From Selaginella moellendorffii (taxonomy: Eukaryota; Plantae; Lycopodiophyta), in contig NW_003314271.1 in the NCBI RefSeq assembly GCF_000143415.4, positions 3,029,913 through 3,093,912 on the forward strand: a DNA stretch of 64,000 nucleotides. The letters are read 5' to 3'. The position numbers and the translations under genes were made by a program. Below are positions 51,001 through 62,840 of the stretch, piece by piece. Positions within the stretch are counted from its first letter, which is position 1, and every line of letters starts with the position of its first letter. The notes under the pieces were generated by a model, which saw only the letters and a list, made by a program, of their open reading frames with translations, did no database searches and had not been told where the DNA came from.

Positions 51001-52376
51001 GCAAGGGTGGCTGATTCCGTTGGTCATTTCCTTGTCGGCGACGGCCGGAAGGTGTCTGAGATGGTAGCGCATCCGCGTTAGACAAAGAGGTTCCCCCTAA
51101 CTCATTTAAGTTGGTGCCTTTTTCACATAGTGTGAGTACCGTGAACTTTTTCTGGAGTTGTTTCCTTGACGGTATTCTAGACTCGAGTATGCATCGACGA
51201 GGACGTCGATCTTCCCCAAGGGGGGGAGAGTGTCGCGAATGTGACTTCGGGTATCGAAAGTTACCTGTCGACCAGTCCTTACGGACACTCTTTCCTTACT
51301 GCCACGATGGCAGGAGGTCGGTATTGCTGGACCCTTTATCAGCCCCTCTTGTTCAAGTGTTAGTAAACTGGACTTTGCATCTGTACTTGGCCGGATGAGC
51401 ATAAGGACGGAATTCCTAAGTGTCTATTCAGCCAAGCATACTTGGCCTGGCTTTTTAGTTCTCTTTTACTCTGTCTTGCACTGGCTTGACAAGAACCCTC
51501 GCGTATTGAGATTGGTCCCTCAATATCGCTACATGATAGCTTACCGTGTCTGCCAAACACCCTCGCTATCATGCCCTTTGTGTTAGTCTCATTTCGGTCC
51601 CAAATGCTATTTATGGAAAGTGTCTAGATCCGCTCATTTGGCATATCTACGGAATGTAGAGGTCGGCCCGAACACAATGGTGTTCATCCCGTGTCCAAAT
51701 TCGCAATCTAGGGACATTCCATATTTAGTAAGTTTCGAGCTTGTCCCAGAGACTAACTCTTGATACTAAGGGAGGCTTGGGGTGAAAGCCCAAAGCGTGT
51801 GTTCCTCAAGGGGGGGGGGCTATGGGGGGTTCCAAATGTATAGTAGGGATAGTGGGTAGGTCGGGCATGGCCGACCAACCTGAGGCATAGTCTAGCTCCC
51901 GCTTGCGTGCCTGTCCTTGTTCTGCGTCCGGCTTGGGTCTAAGCCCAAGTTCCATTCCATGCTAGTTGGTGGAGTACCCATATCCTCACGTTAGGCCATC
52001 GGTATGCCGAAATAGCGCCAGACTCCGTTTGGCTCCGTTTTGCGTGCTGGTCCTGGCATTGGTATGCTAGTTGCTCCAGGACTGTTCCAAGTCGCTCCGG
52101 GCTCCTGTCCCTTCACTCCTTGGGCTATATGCTCGGGAGTTGCTCCGTGGTCCGGTTCCATCACTCCTTGGCGTCACGCTTAGGAGTTTGGCACCGTTCC
52201 TTCGTTTAGTGGCCCAAGGCCCTGAACCTCGGGTTCCTATGGACACGTGGCATGGACACGTGGTATGTGACACGTGGCATCTGTCACGTGGCACAAAGAG
52301 GGTTTAGGTTCCGCTTCGTGGTGTTATCCTATGGTAAATCACCATAGGATAAAGGGTCAAAACCACGTGCGCTACA
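45086..52376 (+). mobile_element. Young non-autonomous LTR element family B (LARD-like); LTRs 45086-46232 and 51231-52376
   Basis: Near-identical ~1.15 kb LTRs, perfect TSD ACCAC, PBS tggtatcagag at 46235, PPT aagggggggagag before 51231; the 5-kb interior has no long ORF. Confidence 0.96.
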
Positions 52377-52381
52377 ACCAC

Positions 52382-53260
52382 CACTGTCTTCCCTTATGAC
52401 ATTAACATGAGACATTGTCTTATGCCTATTGGGACATTTCGTGGACATATATTCTATCTCTCTATAATAGAAGTAATGACCCACACTACCCATTCTGCTA
52501 GGAGCAGGTTTTGCAGGTTGCTACTACTTGTACCCACCAGGAGGAGGAACAAAGGGCCTAGGACCAGAACAAATTGCTAGTGGTCACCAACCACCACCTT
52601 TGTTAACCGTTGTTTGTGAGCCTCCAAAGTAGAACTTTCCTTCCACCCTTTATTTCTAATCACCTTGTTTATTCCTAAAGTTTTTATTCTTGTTTGAGGT
52701 ACAAGCATACGGTTGCTGATATTGTTCCATAAGTGAGTGGCTGAAGGCAACTTACTGTGCTACCTCCTTACACTCTAGGTATGCTTTGGCTTAAACTTTA
52801 AAATCTTATTGCGAGAGAGTGAACTTAAACCTTCTAGGAAATAATTTCAAGTATCTTCGTCACTTATATTTGCAATCATAATATACTTCTAAGCAAATGC
52901 ATTAACATAATGCATAAAGTCCCCTCGCTGCTTTAACTGTCACAACTCTGCACAAAGTCTTAGACCAAGATCATTCGATAAGTATTCCTTATGGATATGA
53001 GACTGTATCTTGGTCCAACTTGTAGTGTGCCCTTTTTTAGCACACACTTGGCACCACCAAGTTTTGGCATGATCTATGAGAAAGGATTGTGCATACACAA
53101 CTTTTGTAAGATCATGTATGACTGCTGCTTTGAAATAATTTTCCATATTGTAGACCCCGTCTTCCAAAACCTGATAGTCCCGCATGCCTCTGAAATTAAG
53201 TGGTTTTGGAGGCTTGAATTTTGAAACTCATGCAACTGGGGGTAGTTATAAAACTTCATT
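52382..53260 (-). pseudogene. Gypsy gag remnant
   Basis: MENYFKAA...YAQSFLIDHAKTWW...W......KEYL gag-like motif; contiguous with pol across the family B insertion. Confidence 0.7.
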
Positions 53261-53807
53261 GTCCTCAGAATTTGAAGAGGAATCCAATTGCTTAGGTTTA
53301 GCTAATAGTTCCTTTTCACCATCTCACTAGTTGCATGCATGTCTCTATTGGTAAGTAAACATGCATGCAACATTCTTACTAGATGGTGCAATCCTATTAA
53401 TCCTACACATATTGCTTCAAATCTATTAGATAAGTTTTTGTGTATACAACTTGAGTTAGAATTTTTAACAAAAGTTGGATAGAATCGTTGAGACAATTTC
53501 TCTAATACCAAATGTAGTGCACCTGAATGTAGAGCTAAACTCCAAACCCATTGCACTACAAAACAAAGGTTTGGTACAATTCCATGACCACTAGCTCTCC
53601 ATATCTAGCTCTTGCATGCAAAATAGTGTTAGACGGTGTTTGGCATGATTTTGGTATACCGGTGGCCTAATGCAAGGAGGAGGGTACTCCACTGGCTAGA
53701 GCAGTGTGGAGCTTGGGCTTATGGGCTTAAACCCAAGCTGTGAATGTAGAACAAGGAGCGACATAGCTTAGCAAGAGCCAAACTAATGTCTCAGATGATG
53801 GAGTATA

Positions 53808-54908
53808 CATCAACGAAGATGTCAATCTTCTCTAAGGGGGGGAAAGTGTTGTAAATGTGTTCAAGTTGTTCAAGTTGTTCAAGTGTTAGTAAAATAGGGC
53901 TTAACATCTGTATTTAGCCTGACAAGCATAAGGAAAGAATTCCTAAGTGTTTATTTAGCCAAACATACTTGGCATGGCTTGTTAATTTTCTTTTACTCTG
54001 TCTTGCACTAGTTTGATAAAAACCCTCGTATATTGAAACTAATCCCTCAATATTGTCAGGTAATAGCTTACCGTGTTTGCCAAACACCTTCAATATCATG
54101 CACCTTGTATTAATTCCATTTGGTCCTAATTGCTATTTATGGAAAATGTCTAGATTTGCTCATTTAGCATATCTATAGAATGTAGAGATTGTTCTGAACA
54201 CAATAGTGTTAATCCCATGTCCAAATTTACAATCTAACACAATTCTATATTTAGTAAGTTTTGAGTTAGTCCCCGAGACTAACTCTTGGTATTAAGGATG
54301 GCTAAGGGTGAAAGCCCAAAGTGTGCATTTCTCGGGGGGAGGGGCGGCTGTGGGGGGTTCCATCCAAATGTAAAGTAGGGATAGATGGTAGGTTAGGCAT
54401 GGTAGACCAACTTGAGGTATTAATAGTTTAGCTCCCATTTGCATGCTTATATTTGTTCTAGATATAGCATAGGCCTAAGCCCAAGTTCTATATGAAGCTA
54501 ATTGGTGGAATACCTATATCTTTGTGTTAGGCCATTAGTGTACTGAAATAGTGTGAGAATCTATTTGGCTGTATTTTGCATGTTAGTCCTAGCATTGGGA
54601 TGCTAGATGCTTTAGGACTATTACAAGTTGCTCTATGCTCTTGTCCTTTTTCTCCTTGGGGTGTACACTCAGAAGTCACTCTGTACTCCAGTTCTGTCGG
54701 TCCTTGGCTCTATACTTGGGAGTTTAGGTTCGTTCCTTCATTCAGTGGCCCAAGGCCCTGAAACTTGGGTTCTGCTCTGTTGTCTTTGGACACATGGCAA
54801 GTGGTATATGGCATGTGACATGTGGCACATGGATGGTTTATATTCTGCTTCATGGTTATCCTATGGTAAATTACCATAGGATAAATGGTAAAAACCACGT
54901 GTGCTATA
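53808..54908 (+). mobile_element. Diverged family B 3' end (PPT + LTR 53847-54908)
   Basis: Homologous to 51190-52376. Confidence 0.8.
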
Positions 54909-56033
54909 GTTAAGCGAACCATGTGGTGAATGCTAACAGATTATGGGAAAGGAAATATGTTTTCCAGGATGGGATTCCTAATACTTAAATTTAGCAAAAG
55001 GCAATTGCTCTAAGAGATGGAGTGGCAAAGTAGACAAATGAAAAGGCCATAAACAACCCTAACATAAATTATAGATAAGTGGAACTTAATGGCTTAGAGT
55101 GGCATAAAATAAAAGAAAGTATGATAGTGCCTTTAAATAAAGAACTTCCTAAAATTAGGAACTAAAGTTTGCACAATCTGTGCAATGTAAGGTGCTAGAA
55201 AATTGACTCTAGATGTCAATATTAAAGTTCTAAAGTGCAATGGTTATGTTAGTAGAGGCTAAGGCTACTTCAAAATGAGTAGTAAGATTGAAAGTGTCTC
55301 TAATAGGTTTAACGAGGGGTAACCATAAGTATTCTAATAAATCTTTAAGTTAGAGAGACTATACTCCTTAGAGGATGGGCAAGGTTTAGTAAGCTTTTGG
55401 TATTGAACTATTAATGAACAATAGTATGGTGCCATGGATGAAGATGGTAATCCATGATAGAGTTACTTTATAAAATGGTATATCATTTAATAAGGATATC
55501 AAACTTCATCTATGGGTGATGGAGTTATAAAACACAAATTCCTAAGCCCCAAAGTGGAGCCAGAAGTGTGCCACATGATAGTGGTTAAAGGAGAAGTCCA
55601 ACAAGCATAACATGTTTGGATCAAAAGCTCCAACTCAAACAAAGTGCTCAAGAAATAAGCACAAAACAATCAATAAATGAGTATCTAAAAAGGGACATTA
55701 GATTAAAACATGGCAAGTGTTGTAATATATGGAAGTGTTGGGACAAAATTTGGGATGGAGTCTGAGATGGGGACTGAGACCGAGACCGAGATGGGGACCA
55801 AGACCAACACCGAGACTGAGACCGCGATTGGGATTGAGACCAAGATCAAGACTGAGATTGAGTCCGAGTCTGAGTCTAAGTCCGAGACCAAGACCAGGAC
55901 TGAGACTAGGACCGGGACTAAGACCGAGACGGAGACCGAGACCGAGTCCGAGTTTGGACCAAGACCGAGATTGGGACCAGGACTGAGACCATGACCAAGA
56001 CTGTGACGGCAACCGTAACTGCAACTGAGACTG

Positions 56034-56194
56034 TGTAGTGCATGTGATCATGGGATGAGATTTGGATATACTGTCACCGTGGATCCTTAGAACCTTGGGG
56101 ATAAATAGGGATAAAATAGCCACTAAGGGCTCTTTCATCAAGCAATTGCCCCTTTTCCAATTGGCTTAAGGGGAGAGAGATAAGGTGCGCTACA
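56034..56194. mobile_element. 161-bp solo LTR
   Basis: TGTAGTGCA...TGCGCTACA termini, TSD gactg/aactg. Confidence 0.7.
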
Positions 56195-57056
56195 AACTGA
56201 GACCGTGACCAAGACTGTGACGGCGACCGTAACTGCAATTGAGACTGAGACCGAGACCGAGACTAAGTCCGAGTCTGAGTCCAAGTCTAAGGGTGAAAGC
56301 CCAAAGCAATTGTCTCCCAAACCCTAGGGGTTCTGGTGGGGAGGACTCCAGTGGAACATTTGTGATGGCTAATGATATAACTACTGAAGAGTCCAAAGCT
56401 AGAGTGAACACAGATAAACAAATTGGGTAATTTGGTGAAGTATTCAAGAGTCAACTTTAGCTCCCCCGGGAGATTGAATGGTCAATGCTCCCAATCCAAA
56501 TGTGGGTGGCACTACCTACTTGGATATCTAGCACGGCTAATTACAACCTCACTTTAGCCATATGGCAAGGGCACCTAAGGGCTAAAGGTGGAGAGAGTAC
56601 CTATGAGACTTGTGTAGAGCCACGGTGTTTCAAAATATTGTCCCAAAGTCTTGGACTATAAAAACAAAAAGGAGTAATCCTCTTGTATAGTGGCCAAATC
56701 CATCGTCATATAGTGAGGAAGTCTCAAAGTTCAGTGGGACTTAGTGGTCAGGCCTTCAAGCCCTGACCTAATGGCAGTGTTGGCAAATATGGCCTTGGAT
56801 GGAGAGGGACTTGATAGGGACCGCAAAAAGGATATCTGGCAAGCATGGCCTTGGATGGAGAGGGACTTGGTAGGGACCGAAGAAAGGATATTTGGCAAGC
56901 ATGGCCTTGGATGGAGAGGGATTTGGTGGGGACCGAAGAAAGGACATTGGGGAAGGGTGTTCTCTATATCTTCGAGCATCGTACGGATGCTGAAATGTGG
57001 TTTTAGGATGACCATTCATGGATGGAGGATTTAATCTTTGAAATACGGAACTATGA

Positions 57057-57249
57057 TGTAAGCTCTTGAATTTAAACTTCCTAGAAGGTCACCCAACCAA
57101 TACTATTTAAACACAAAGACACTTAACCCTAAATATCCCAAAACTTTTAACTAATTGGAAAAGGGGGTGCACTCTTGTTCATAGGCACTTTCCCTCTATA
57201 TTTGAACCCTATGGATCATCTCTTAAGTAGTTCTCTTTGATTGCTTACA
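57057..57249 (-). mobile_element. Cassandra solo LTR
   Basis: Homologous to 25529-25722; TSD tatga/tatgg. Confidence 0.88.
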
Positions 57250-57784
57250 TATGGCATAGGTGGTCTTGAACTGCTAATGAGACAAAGGTAAATGGACATG
57301 GCCTTAGCATAATGGATTGATATTTTAGTGATACCTTTGGGGTGTCTGTCATGGGATCAGACACATAGAGCATTTGGACTAAGTGCAAAGACTAAGTAAC
57401 ATAAATATCATTCATATCCTTAAGTCAAGAATAAAATTTATGGAGGTTGTGAGTGAGACTCCTTCAAGTGGTCAAAAGTGTAGTTAAATAACTAAAGTAA
57501 AATAGAAAATATAATCACTTACACTAATACACCCTCACTATCATACCTTATATATTAGTTATATTCAATTGTTTATAAAAAGTGTTAAGATCTGTTGATA
57601 AGATATATTTATAGAATGTAGAGATTGTCTTAAACACAATAATGTTGTTCCCAAACCCAAATTTACAATCTTTTTCTATTCCATATTTAATAGTTTGACC
57701 AGAGACTAACTCTTAGGACTCTAAAGCATGATAAAATAGGGATAGAGGGTAGGTAGGTTGGATATGGCAAGTATAGACTTCTTT

Positions 57785-60700
57785 GTCTAACAATTTAAAT
57801 ATTAACTATATACCATAATAGAGATGTTTGTTAAAATATAAAATAAGATGTTTGTAGAAAAAGTATTCTTTTCACTTCCTTAAATTTATACTCTGTGCTT
57901 TTTAGCTAATAAATGTCAAGTTTGTCAAAATTTAAAAATTAGTAAATTTGAAATTTATAACCATTTGAAAGGAAAAAAAAAACAACTATTGATGTAAGCT
58001 TGTTGCATATAAAAGAGAGAATTGGTTCTTTTCTAGAATACATTCTTGAAGGATTTATCATAGGATAATATTTAAAAGTTATAGATCTTCACTCACACTC
58101 TCATTCAAAGAAAGGGAAATACACACAAATGTTTATAGGTTTTAATGTTTGTAATTTTAAATTTTGCAATATTTCTTCCCAAAGTAGTAATTCAAGGCTT
58201 AGAAGCTATAATAGTCATTCTATTGCACAACACAACCAAACTATGTAAAAGAAATAAAGAGTGAATAGTGATCACAAGTTGGAGATAAAAGCAATGATAA
58301 AGGGTATAACGAAAAAGAATGCTCTCCTACTTATTTTAGAAAATTGCAATTTTATGACTTTCAAGAAATGCTTTATATGTTTGTCTGCTTCAGTGAAAAC
58401 AAGGTGATGATCAATATAATAGTATATATGCTCTTGTGATACACTACAACATTATGCACCCGAAAAACTACTATGAAATATTTTTTGAGATGGTAAAAAC
58501 AGAAATAAAGATACACAAGTATTATGAGCAATATTGAGAAAAAAACTATTCATGCAATGGAGTACTTTCTTCTTCATTCGATCTTGTAAAATCTCAATAG
58601 AAGGCTCTAGTCTTATGTATCTTCCTTCTTGAAATGCTAAGGTTTTTCAAGACTACTCTGTAGCACATATCAAATCCAATAGATATGCTTTATATAAACT
58701 TAGCTTCCCTTCCTTACCTTACAGGAACATTAACTCCAATACTTACTCTCAGAGAGATTCATAATTAGAAATCCTTAAATGCTTAGTCATAATGAAAAAG
58801 ACAATATTAAAAGGTAATGAAAAGAAAAGAAAAAAGTGAAACCAACATAAAAAGAATGATATCCCCATTGGACATCCTAACTTCCCACCACCCTAATTAT
58901 GACTCAAGTTGTGGTAGACAACTTGCATCAGTATAGCCATCTTCATGCCACCACAATTGGATTTCATTTGCTTTTGCCTCGTGCTCTTCTTCAAAATATG
59001 CAAATTGCCATTATTTGCATAATTTCTCTAGTTTAGACTTTGAGCCCAATAAAACTCACAAGTTCTCTCACAACCTTCTAAGGGTTGACCATTCCTAAAA
59101 CTTGCCCAAACACCATTTTAATTAGCCCCAACCCCATCTAATATGAAACCATAAAAGCTAGTAAGTCTACTAGTCCGCTTTAGCATAATATAGGAGAAGG
59201 TTTAGGGTTTAGGGTTTAGGGTTTAGGGTTGCTAATTGTTAAACCCGCACCAAAAATATTTCCTAGGCCATCTAGTCTTGTACTTTGCAATTGTTAAATT
59301 GGAATATAGCCTATGTAAAAGATAATATTTACAACCATTTTAAAATAGTGAGAAAAATAACTACCTCAAATCATACACATAAGCTCACATGGTTGTTCAA
59401 CTCGATACCAGCTCTATGTGTTCAAAATGTACATATGTATTAACAAGGTCCCTTGACCCAAACATATCCATTTGAGAGACAAGATTTACACCAAAGGTAG
59501 AGGTTTAGACATCTTGAGGACAAAAGGATGCTCCTACTTATTAATGACTTAATCTGGAAATAAACTCCTGTGGATAAACTCATAAAGATAGGTCCATTTT
59601 ATTTCAAGGATAGAATCAATTTTTTACTGTAACTTCCCCTCTCGAAATTCACACATCTAAGATTTTATTCTAAATAACACAAAATATAAAAGAGATATTA
59701 TTGTAAAGTACATAATATTAGTTTTTTACCTTCTGAGGCTAGTGGTAGGTTCCTGCATCATAGTAAGTCTCATAAACTAGCCTTCTTTAATTGAGTTTTC
59801 TTACAACCTAGATAGAGTAGGGTGCTTGCAATAAAATCCTTGAGCACCATCTTTTGAACATGCTTCGGAGTTGCAAAATAATTTCTCACTATCTCTATCT
59901 GCACAACATTAGTATACTTTTTATAATTAATAAAAAAACATTTTTATTTGATATACTTGAAAATATTCTTTTTACAATATTATCTATAATATTAGTGTGT
60001 CTCCATTTCTATCTTTACCATCTCAATAAATATTTCATGGTAGTCTTTTGGAGGCATGATGTTGCAATGTGTTGCAATAATATATATACCATCATATTGT
60101 CCATTGGAAGCTAAAAAGAAAATAGAGCACTTTTTAAAAGTCACAGAATTACAATTTTTTAAAATAAGTAGGGGCATTTTTTTACACCCAATTTGTTACA
60201 CCCTTTGTCATTGCATTTTTCTCTAACTTATGATCAGCATCCTTGCTATCTTTTCTTTCTTTCTTTTGTGTGATTTCGTTATGTTGTGCAATGGGACAAC
60301 TATTACAACTCTTAACCCTTGAATTATTACCTTGGAAAAAAAGATTGCAAAAGTTAAAATTACTAATATTAAAACTGATAAACATTTATGTATATTTCCC
60401 TCTTTTTGAATGAGAATGTAAGTGAAGATATATAAATTGTAGACATTATACTATGACAAACCCCTTAAGAATGTATTCTAGAAAAAGAATCAAATCTCTT
60501 TTTTATATGCAACAAGATTATATTAATGGTTGTTTCTTTTTCCTTCTGACAAATCTGACATTTAGTAGCTAGAAAGCATAGAGTATGGATTTAAAGAAAT
60601 GACAAAATTACTTTTTCTGCAAATAAATCTTTTGCTCAACAATATAAATACTTACTATATGTCATAATAGGGATGTTCATTAGAACATAAAATAAAATAA

Positions 60701-60850
60701 AATGTCCTTTAGAATATTTTTTATCTATATAATATAGTTATGAAAATATTAAATTTTCAATAAACCTTAATTTTTTAAAAATTTAGAATATGTGTATTAT
60801 ACTATAATTGAAAATTAAACTCAACTCACAACTCATGAGCCCAAGAATAG
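57785..60850. mobile_element. Decayed, rearranged MULE: subterminal arm, transposase fragment (58550-59910, minus strand), inverted subterminal arm (59911-60850)
   Basis: Homologous to 29870-30290 and 31355-32730; the right arm is the reverse complement and ends ctcatgagcccaag. Confidence 0.82.
59199..59230 (+). repeat. Interstitial plant telomeric repeat (TTTAGGG)x4
   Basis: ggtttagggtttagggtttagggtttagggtt; absent from the homologous site at ~32055. Confidence 0.92.
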
Positions 60851-61065
60851 CAATGGAGCAGCTGTACCTGTATGTGGATCATTTCTTGGCTTACTCCGGC
60901 ATGAGGGACTCGACGCTTACTTCACTCGGCCACAGCAGGAGTTCCTGCTCTTGTTCCTGACTGGTAATGGAGCTTCCATGCGTGAGCAATTGGCCAGGAT
61001 GATCAAGGAAGCCATGGACAAAGGCAAGGTCTGCACGGCACACTCTCTCACGCCTTTCTTATGAA
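60851..61065 (+). pseudogene. Truncated copy of the orphan gene 3' part
   Basis: Matches 4950-5195 and 379-563. Confidence 0.85.
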
Positions 61066-61925
61066 CGTTCTTGATGTAATAGAGATCAAGCATGAGATCA
61101 AATGCAGGATCTACGCAAGGAACATGATGAGCAGCAGCCAAGGTCTTGTTTCGATCTGGGAGACTTACGTTTTGCTCTACATACAGCGGCCACATAGAAT
61201 AGAGTGGGAAAAGATTGATACAAAGAGACCTCAAGCTGAAGATTATGCAAGTTGGGACGTGAAGATTTTCCTGGCTACTGGAGAAACGAGGGCTTTGAAA
61301 TGCTACTCAGAAAGAAAGCAAACTACTCGCTTCAAGACTGGATCATGTTTCCTGCAAAGATAATCTGAAAGGTTTTGAGATGAAAGAACATTTGAACATA
61401 CCTTGGTTGTGAACTTAGAAAGACCGGATTGGCGTGGAGGGAGGAAGTAAACCACAGCGAGCTTGACACTTGAGGTAGTGGTGCCGAGCAGCGATCATCT
61501 CCTTGTGCGTTACTCCCTGTTTAAACAGATTCACCATGAAAAATTAAATTGCTAAAATTTTCCATTGTTGTTTCTTACTTTTGGAAGGTCATAGAAATTG
61601 TTTAACGTTGGAGAAGTTCCATCTTCCTACGATCAGAAAGCTGAAAACGATAGACTCACCAAGGACCAAAAGAATGTACCTTTTTTTCCCCCTCTGGAGC
61701 TCCCTCTTCCTGGAAAATAAATCAAACGATCAATCTACAATACCAAGAGAGACAAACAGACTACCGCCCACGCTGATAGAATAGTGCTTCCCTTAGCGGA
61801 GTACCCTCGAATCCACCATCGCTAGCGCGAGGGATGCCATGTGGGATGCTTTGTTTTGTTCTAATGAAAATATCAAAAAGGTTCTCGTTCCTACAAAACG
61901 GGTCCTAGGGTTTCAAAACTATCAA

Positions 61926-62840
61926 ATGGCGATTGGTCTTCAGAACCAGGGAAGTACGTGCTCGATGAACAGCAGCCTCCAGTGCCTGCTACATACGCCA
62001 CGGCTATCAGATTTCTTTGCAAAGGCGGACAAGATCAGGGGTGAAGTGGCGAATGATTTCAGGAAGCTGATCATTGAGAGCATGCGTAGCAACGCGAGCG
62101 TGTCCATCAAGCCAGGACCCAAGCTCCAATCTAGCCCAAGCTCGCAACAGGATGCACAGGAGTATCTCATGTTCCTCTTGAATGCTTTGGATCAAGAGCT
62201 GAAGCACGGTCATGATATGAGGGCTGCCACGAAAATAAAGCCTGTGAAATCAGGGAGAAAGGATCGTAAAGGTGGTGGTCAAGTGCAAAGCTCGCTAGTT
62301 GCAGAAATTTTTGAGGGCCAGACTAGAACAAAGCTACAGTGCCCAAAGTGCTCCAACGAGGCCTCGGTGACACTTGAGACTTTCATGTCTCTCTCGCTGC
62401 CAGTACCATCATCGACTGTGGGCAACACCATTACGCTAGAATCGTGCATTCAAGAGTACACAAAAGATGATATGTTGGATGCATGGTGCTGCTCAAAGTG
62501 CAAGAGTAAGCAGCACAACATTTGCAAGAAGATGGAGTTTGTGAAACTTCCAGCCTGCTTGATTATCCATCTCGCAAGGTTCAAGTGTGATTCGTCTGGG
62601 AATGTCGAAAAGATTGATACTGCCATAGATATTCCAGAAAGTGTGGAGATCTCGGGGCAGCACTACTCACTATATGGGTTGATAAACCACACGGGTGACG
62701 CTGATTACGGGCACTATACAGCGAGTATAAAACTTGGAAACAGTGAGTGGTATGCATGTGATGACGAATCGGTGGAACATGTTTCAGAACACAGTAGCTC
62801 CACAGATGCATACATTCTGTTTTACCAGAAAACTTCCTAG
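61926..62840 (+). CDS. Intronless minimal USP, copy 2
   Basis: Same motifs as copy 1; differs by S>A, G>S, M>I and one synonymous change. Confidence 0.95.
   Translation: MAIGLQNQGSTCSMNSSLQCLLHTPRLSDFFAKADKIRGEVANDFRKLIIESMRSNASVSIKPGPKLQSSPSSQQDAQEYLMFLLNALDQELKHGHDMRAATKIKPVKSGRKDRKGGGQVQSSLVAEIFEGQTRTKLQCPKCSNEASVTLETFMSLSLPVPSSTVGNTITLESCIQEYTKDDMLDAWCCSKCKSKQHNICKKMEFVKLPACLIIHLARFKCDSSGNVEKIDTAIDIPESVEISGQHYSLYGLINHTGDADYGHYTASIKLGNSEWYACDDESVEHVSEHSSSTDAYILFYQKTS

Larger units (their letters stand above)
22194..53810 (-). mobile_element. Decayed Ty3/gypsy element (family C LTRs) hosting three nested insertions
   Basis: 3' LTR split into 22194-22491, ~29652-29680 and ~41541-42113, with the PPT after 42113; pol at 42490-45085; gag at 52382-53260; PBS complement ctctaatacca at 53500-53510; truncated 5' LTR at 53513-53810. 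Confidence 0.75.
54909..57523 (+). mobile_element. Family A-related 3' fragment (internal + PPT + LTR ~55526-57523)
   Basis: Homologous to ~14960-17368; contains a ~54-bp x3 tandem repeat at ~56769-56950. Confidence 0.8.

Noticed and set aside
56769-56950. CRISPR-like array
   Set aside because: Plain ~54-bp tandem repeat without unique spacers, in a eukaryotic LTR
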